Shown one piece after another: positions 21,787-22,348 of a stretch of 22,348 bases of DNA (the stretch's first letter is position 1; every line of letters starts with the position of its first letter). The stretch is taken from NCBI RefSeq assembly GCF_000485595.1, contig NW_014577068.1, positions 966,216-988,563 on the forward strand, read 5' to 3'. Source of the DNA: Priapulus caudatus. Taxonomy: Eukaryota. A model generated the notes under the pieces. The model had not been told where the DNA came from. It worked only from the letters and a program-made list of their open reading frames with translations, and did no database searches. The translations under genes were made by a program, and so were the position numbers.

Positions 21787-22325
21787 AGGGCCAGACACAC
21801 TAGGCGATAAATCGGGCGATAAAATCGGGCGACTAAATCGCAGTGAAATCGCCTAGTGTGTCCACTCAATCGCCGCCGATTTAGTCGCCCAATTTCGTCG
21901 CCCGATTTCATCGCATATAGATCAAAACGTTTTGATATTATCGGGCGATTATTTCAGTCGCCCGATTTAATTGCCTAGTGTGTCCGGGGACGGCGATAAA
22001 ATCGCCCGATTGTACAGTTCATCAGCCAATCAGAGTTGTTCAATGATACTGACGTAATAGCGATGTTTCATGTTTAGTATGTCATGTCATGTAATAGCGA
22101 TGCACGCACGCACGCACGCATGTGTACGTGCACACGCACGCACACACTCATGCACGCACGTGTACGTGCACACGCACGCACGTGCGCACGCATGCATGCA
22201 CGCACGTGTACGTGCACACGCACGCACGTACGCACGCACGCACGTGTACGTACACACGCACGCACACACTCATGCACGCACGTGTACGTGCACACGCACG
22301 CACGCACGCACGCACACGCGCACAC
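21787..22325 (+). mobile_element. Left arm of the PIF/Harbinger-like element plus (GCAC)n satellite (from ~22101)
   Basis: TAA followed by agggccagacacactaggcgat; repeated aaatcgggcga units; reverse complement of ~19100-19630. Confidence 0.75.
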
Positions 22326-22348
22326 GAAAGAGAGAGAGAGAGAACGAG

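Larger units (their letters stand above)
15307..22348 (+). repeat. Copy 2 of the large direct duplication
   Basis: Collinear with 5881-15109 in the blocks listed for copy 1. Confidence 0.9.

Overview
This is eukaryotic (animal, probably invertebrate) genomic DNA with TTAGGG repeats and two assembly gaps (15110-15119 and 17645-18526). The only host gene I can support is the long terminal coding exon of a PIH1D2-like gene (90-946, +). The rest is a dense mosaic of mostly non-autonomous transposons: 8-bp-TSD MITEs, a foldback element with long inverted arms, a hAT deletion derivative, a LINE 3' fragment, a TTAGGG-carrying mini-element, a Harbinger-like element with (GCAC)n satellite arms, and a Helitron-like element. 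About 5881-15109 is repeated as about 15307-22348 across a 10-N gap. This is likely two haplotypes or a segmental duplication, and the first copy looks indel-noisy. Comparing the copies exposes filled and empty sites. The most interesting is a ~3.5-kb Helitron-like element (about 10755-14264) carrying apparent spliced cargo genes, including a PHD-finger-like exon. In the second copy it is reduced to a 71-bp termini-only form. No prokaryotic systems, CRISPR arrays, tRNAs or rRNAs were seen. All family calls are by eye; no database search was run.
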